A stretch of 64,000 nt of DNA from an uncultured Comamonas sp. (GTDB lineage Bacteria; Pseudomonadota; Gammaproteobacteria; Burkholderiales; Burkholderiaceae_C), in contig CAUQST010000009.1 in assembly GCA_963520865.1 (NCBI GenBank), forward strand, positions 17,557-81,556, written 5' to 3'. The translations under genes were made by a program, and so were the position numbers. Position 1 is the first letter of the stretch, and each line of letters starts with the position of its first letter. This document shows positions 63,818-64,000 of this stretch, piece by piece. The notes under the pieces are model-generated. The model did not search any database. It was not told the origin of the DNA and saw only the letters and a list, made by a program, of their open reading frames with translations.

Positions 63818-64000
63818 GACCTCCCACGTGCCGACCGCAGCGGCTCGCAGTCACTGGCTGGCAATGCTTTTGCTGGCGGTTACCGCTGGTCTTGTGGTGC
63901 TGGGTGTGTGTGTGGGCAGTACAGGGTGGGAGAGCGTGTGGCGCATGCACAGCGACCCCGTTGCGCAGCAAATTGTGTGGGACATCCGTTTTCCTCGCAC
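63807..64000 (+). CDS. btuC: FecCD-family ABC transporter permease (BtuC-like); 3' end beyond the window
   Basis: The frame from GTG 63807 reads VSIKTSHVPTAAARSHWLAMLLLAVTAGLVVLGVCVGSTGWESVWRMHSDPVAQQIVWDIRFPR, the typical FecCD N-terminus. It overlaps the btuF stop and is open to the window end. Confidence 0.75.
   Translation, partial: MSIKTSHVPTAAARSHWLAMLLLAVTAGLVVLGVCVGSTGWESVWRMHSDPVAQQIVWDIRFPR

Noticed and set aside
1-64000. Whole-window search for mobile elements, prophage genes, toxin-antitoxin pairs, restriction-modification or other defence systems, and CRISPR arrays.
   Set aside because: No transposase, integrase, recombinase, nuclease-ATPase or methyltransferase signatures appear in any frame of the ORF track. 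All large ORFs are accounted for by housekeeping, transport or respiratory families.

Overview
This 64-kb chromosomal segment has the gene content and synteny of a Burkholderiales/Comamonadaceae-type betaproteobacterium. That placement is an inference from the EF-P(Arg32)/EarP pair, a Bug-family binding protein, PhaR and the ccoIS-ccoNOQP-ccoG layout. Most of it is core housekeeping.

Gene content, in order:
- bdhA (partial), an alpha/beta hydrolase, relA, tRNA-Val
- an HD-GYP + PAS-receptor operon
- a TRAP transporter, a GntR regulator and a pxpA / fused pxpBC / biotin-carboxylase-BCCP cluster
- dgkA-eptA with a divergent OmpR-type two-component system
- two tiny Gln-rich ORFs, phaR, rimO, an AhpD-like protein, an HdeD-like protein, livKHMGF, putA, efp-earP, uvrC, pgsA, hupB, 2x tRNA-Val, ppiD, 2x tRNA-His, bfr, lgt
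- a Bug protein + enoyl-CoA hydratase pair and uspA
- a complete cbb3 oxidase/maturation cluster (ccoI, ccoS, ccoNOQP, ccoG, a short CcoH-like gene), fnr, hemN, a DsbD_2-type membrane protein
- 6S RNA after zapA
- a cobalamin riboswitch in front of btuB-cbiA-cobU-btuF-btuC

I found no transposase, integrase, CRISPR array or recognisable defence genes, so this looks like an ordinary core region rather than an accessory island.

Best candidates for something undescribed, all moderate:
1. An operon pairing a degenerate (RD-GYP) HD-GYP protein with a PAS/HAMP receptor whose MCP hairpin lacks the conserved kinase-control tip.
2. A split urea-carboxylase-like module (PxpA, PxpB-PxpC fusion, BC-BCCP fusion) tied to a TRAP transporter by a shared palindromic operator.
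3. Two tandem SD-preceded microproteins, one about 49% glutamine, behind a sigma54-like motif.
4. An FNR-type regulon using TTGAT-N4-GTCAA boxes, plus a 35-bp tandem duplication that doubles an FNR-like box between fnr and hemN.

Coordinates of non-ORF features were hand-counted and cross-checked against ORF-track frames. Treat them as +/- a few nt.
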